A stretch of DNA of 60,481 bases, the filler included. It is 6 parts of 6 records of this genome, joined end to end, with 100 filler letters (N's around TTAATTAATTAA, not from the genome) between each part and the next. Parts side by side here need not be neighbours in the genome. Positions count along the whole stretch, not along the records: positions 53,869 to 60,481 come from DRR723986_7107; 5 more parts are not named here. One strand, 5' to 3'. The notes beneath the pieces are model-generated. The model had not been told where the DNA came from and ran no database searches. It saw only the letters and a list, made by a program, of their open reading frames with translations. Of the stretch, positions 59,733-60,481 are shown piece by piece. A program made the position numbers and the translations under genes. Each line of letters opens with the position of its first letter. Position 1 is the stretch's first letter.

Positions 59733-60286
59733 TAGATCTCCAGCAGTTCTGCTTCTTTCCGCTTCAGGGCTTCGTCGATTCCCTCAATATGGGTCTTCGT
59801 GATGTTCTCAAGTTCTTTTTCCGCGCGCGATACTTCGTCTTCGCCGACTTCCGAGGTCAAAGCATCCAGTTCGTCTTTTGCCTTCCGGCGCACGCTGCGA
59901 ACCGATACTCGACCATCCTCAGCTTTTTGTCGCACGATCTTGACGTATTCCTTGCGGCGCTCTTCGGTCAATTCCGGCATGGTGACGCGAATTACTTCCC
60001 CATCATTGGTGGGGCTGGCATCGAGGGCAGGAAAGTTTGTAATCGCTTTTTCGATTTCTTTCAACGCACTCTTGTCATAGGGGGTTACCACCAGGGTGCG
60101 CGCCTCAATGTTCTGCATCCCCGCTAGTTGCGCCAGTGGAGTGGGTTGACCGTAATAGTCGACCATGATTTTTTGGAACAGGGCAGGGTTAGCTCGCCCG
60201 GTGCGCACCGTCTGAAAATCATCGTGCACCACATCGACGGCCTTAGCCATCTTTTCTTTACACTCCGCCAATACGTCAGCAATCAT
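59732..60286 (-). CDS. frr: Ribosome recycling factor
   Basis: [18 protein letters not shown] and KEAELLEI. Confidence 0.97.
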   Translation of the reverse strand: MIADVLAECKEKMAKAVDVVHDDFQTVRTGRANPALFQKIMVDYYGQPTPLAQLAGMQNIEARTLVVTPYDKSALKEIEKAITNFPALDASPTNDGEVIRVTMPELTEERRKEYVKIVRQKAEDGRVSVRSVRRKAKDELDALTSEVGEDEVSRAEKELENITKTHIEGIDEALKRKEAELLEI

Positions 60287-60326
60287 GGTGTTCTCCCATC
60301 CTTGCTTAGTCTACTTCGCCGCGTGT

Positions 60327-60479
60327 TTAGGAAAGAACCGTTCCGATGCGATCGCCCACGATGGCCTTGGTCACATTTCCTGCTGGCTCCATACCAAACA
60401 CCATCATTGGCATCTTGTTATCCATACACAGGCTAAAGGCGGTGGAATCAACCACTTTCAATCCAGCGACTAACGCGTC
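60327..60479 (-). CDS. pyrH: UMP kinase, C-terminal fragment
   Basis: Manual translation DALVAGLKVVDSTAFSLCMDNKMPMMVFGMEPAGNVTKAIVGDRIGTVLS*; pyrH-frr-cdsA synteny. Confidence 0.93.
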   Translation of the reverse strand, partial: DALVAGLKVVDSTAFSLCMDNKMPMMVFGMEPAGNVTKAIVGDRIGTVLS

Positions 60480-60481
60480 TT

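Overview
The window is not one locus. It is six unrelated contigs joined by 100-nt N44-TTAATTAATTAA-N44 spacers (6932-7031, 14733-14832, 28480-28579, 39741-39840, 53769-53868), so gene neighbourhood holds only within a contig. Taxa are inferred from gene content. (1) 1-6931, high-GC Rhodobacteraceae-like: sarcosine-oxidase alpha/gamma-like genes, hydantoinase/oxoprolinase, and a minus-strand run of SBP56 (methanethiol-oxidase family, 3' end, missed by the ORF track), a His-rich membrane protein, 2Fe-2S protein, FAD/NAD oxidoreductase and RidA. (2) 7032-14732, Planctomycete: DUF1559 prepilin-like gene plus TPR lipoprotein, divergent from a pilM operon whose proteins carry long Gly/Tyr/Met low-complexity tracts. 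(3) 14833-28479, Roseobacter-group region from clpA to the 3' tip of rpsD. (4) 28580-39740, FCB-group organism: large T9SS-secreted beta-propeller/Ig/ASH protein, two GyrI-like genes, HtpX-like protease, photolyase and M3 peptidase. (5) 39841-53768, marine alphaproteobacterium: groESL with a perfect CIRCE and sigma32-type promoter, MddA-like methyltransferase, sppA, msrB, azoR and an ExeA-like ATPase. (6) 53869-60481, Microbacteriaceae-like actinobacterium: pyrH-frr-cdsA-DivIVA region. No CRISPR array, tRNA, rRNA or transposase was seen. The best novelty candidate is a self-contained unit at about 40600-41370: own promoter, about 130-nt structured leader RNA with alternative pairings, an uncharacterised 'IARExGFxxW' protein and a terminator.
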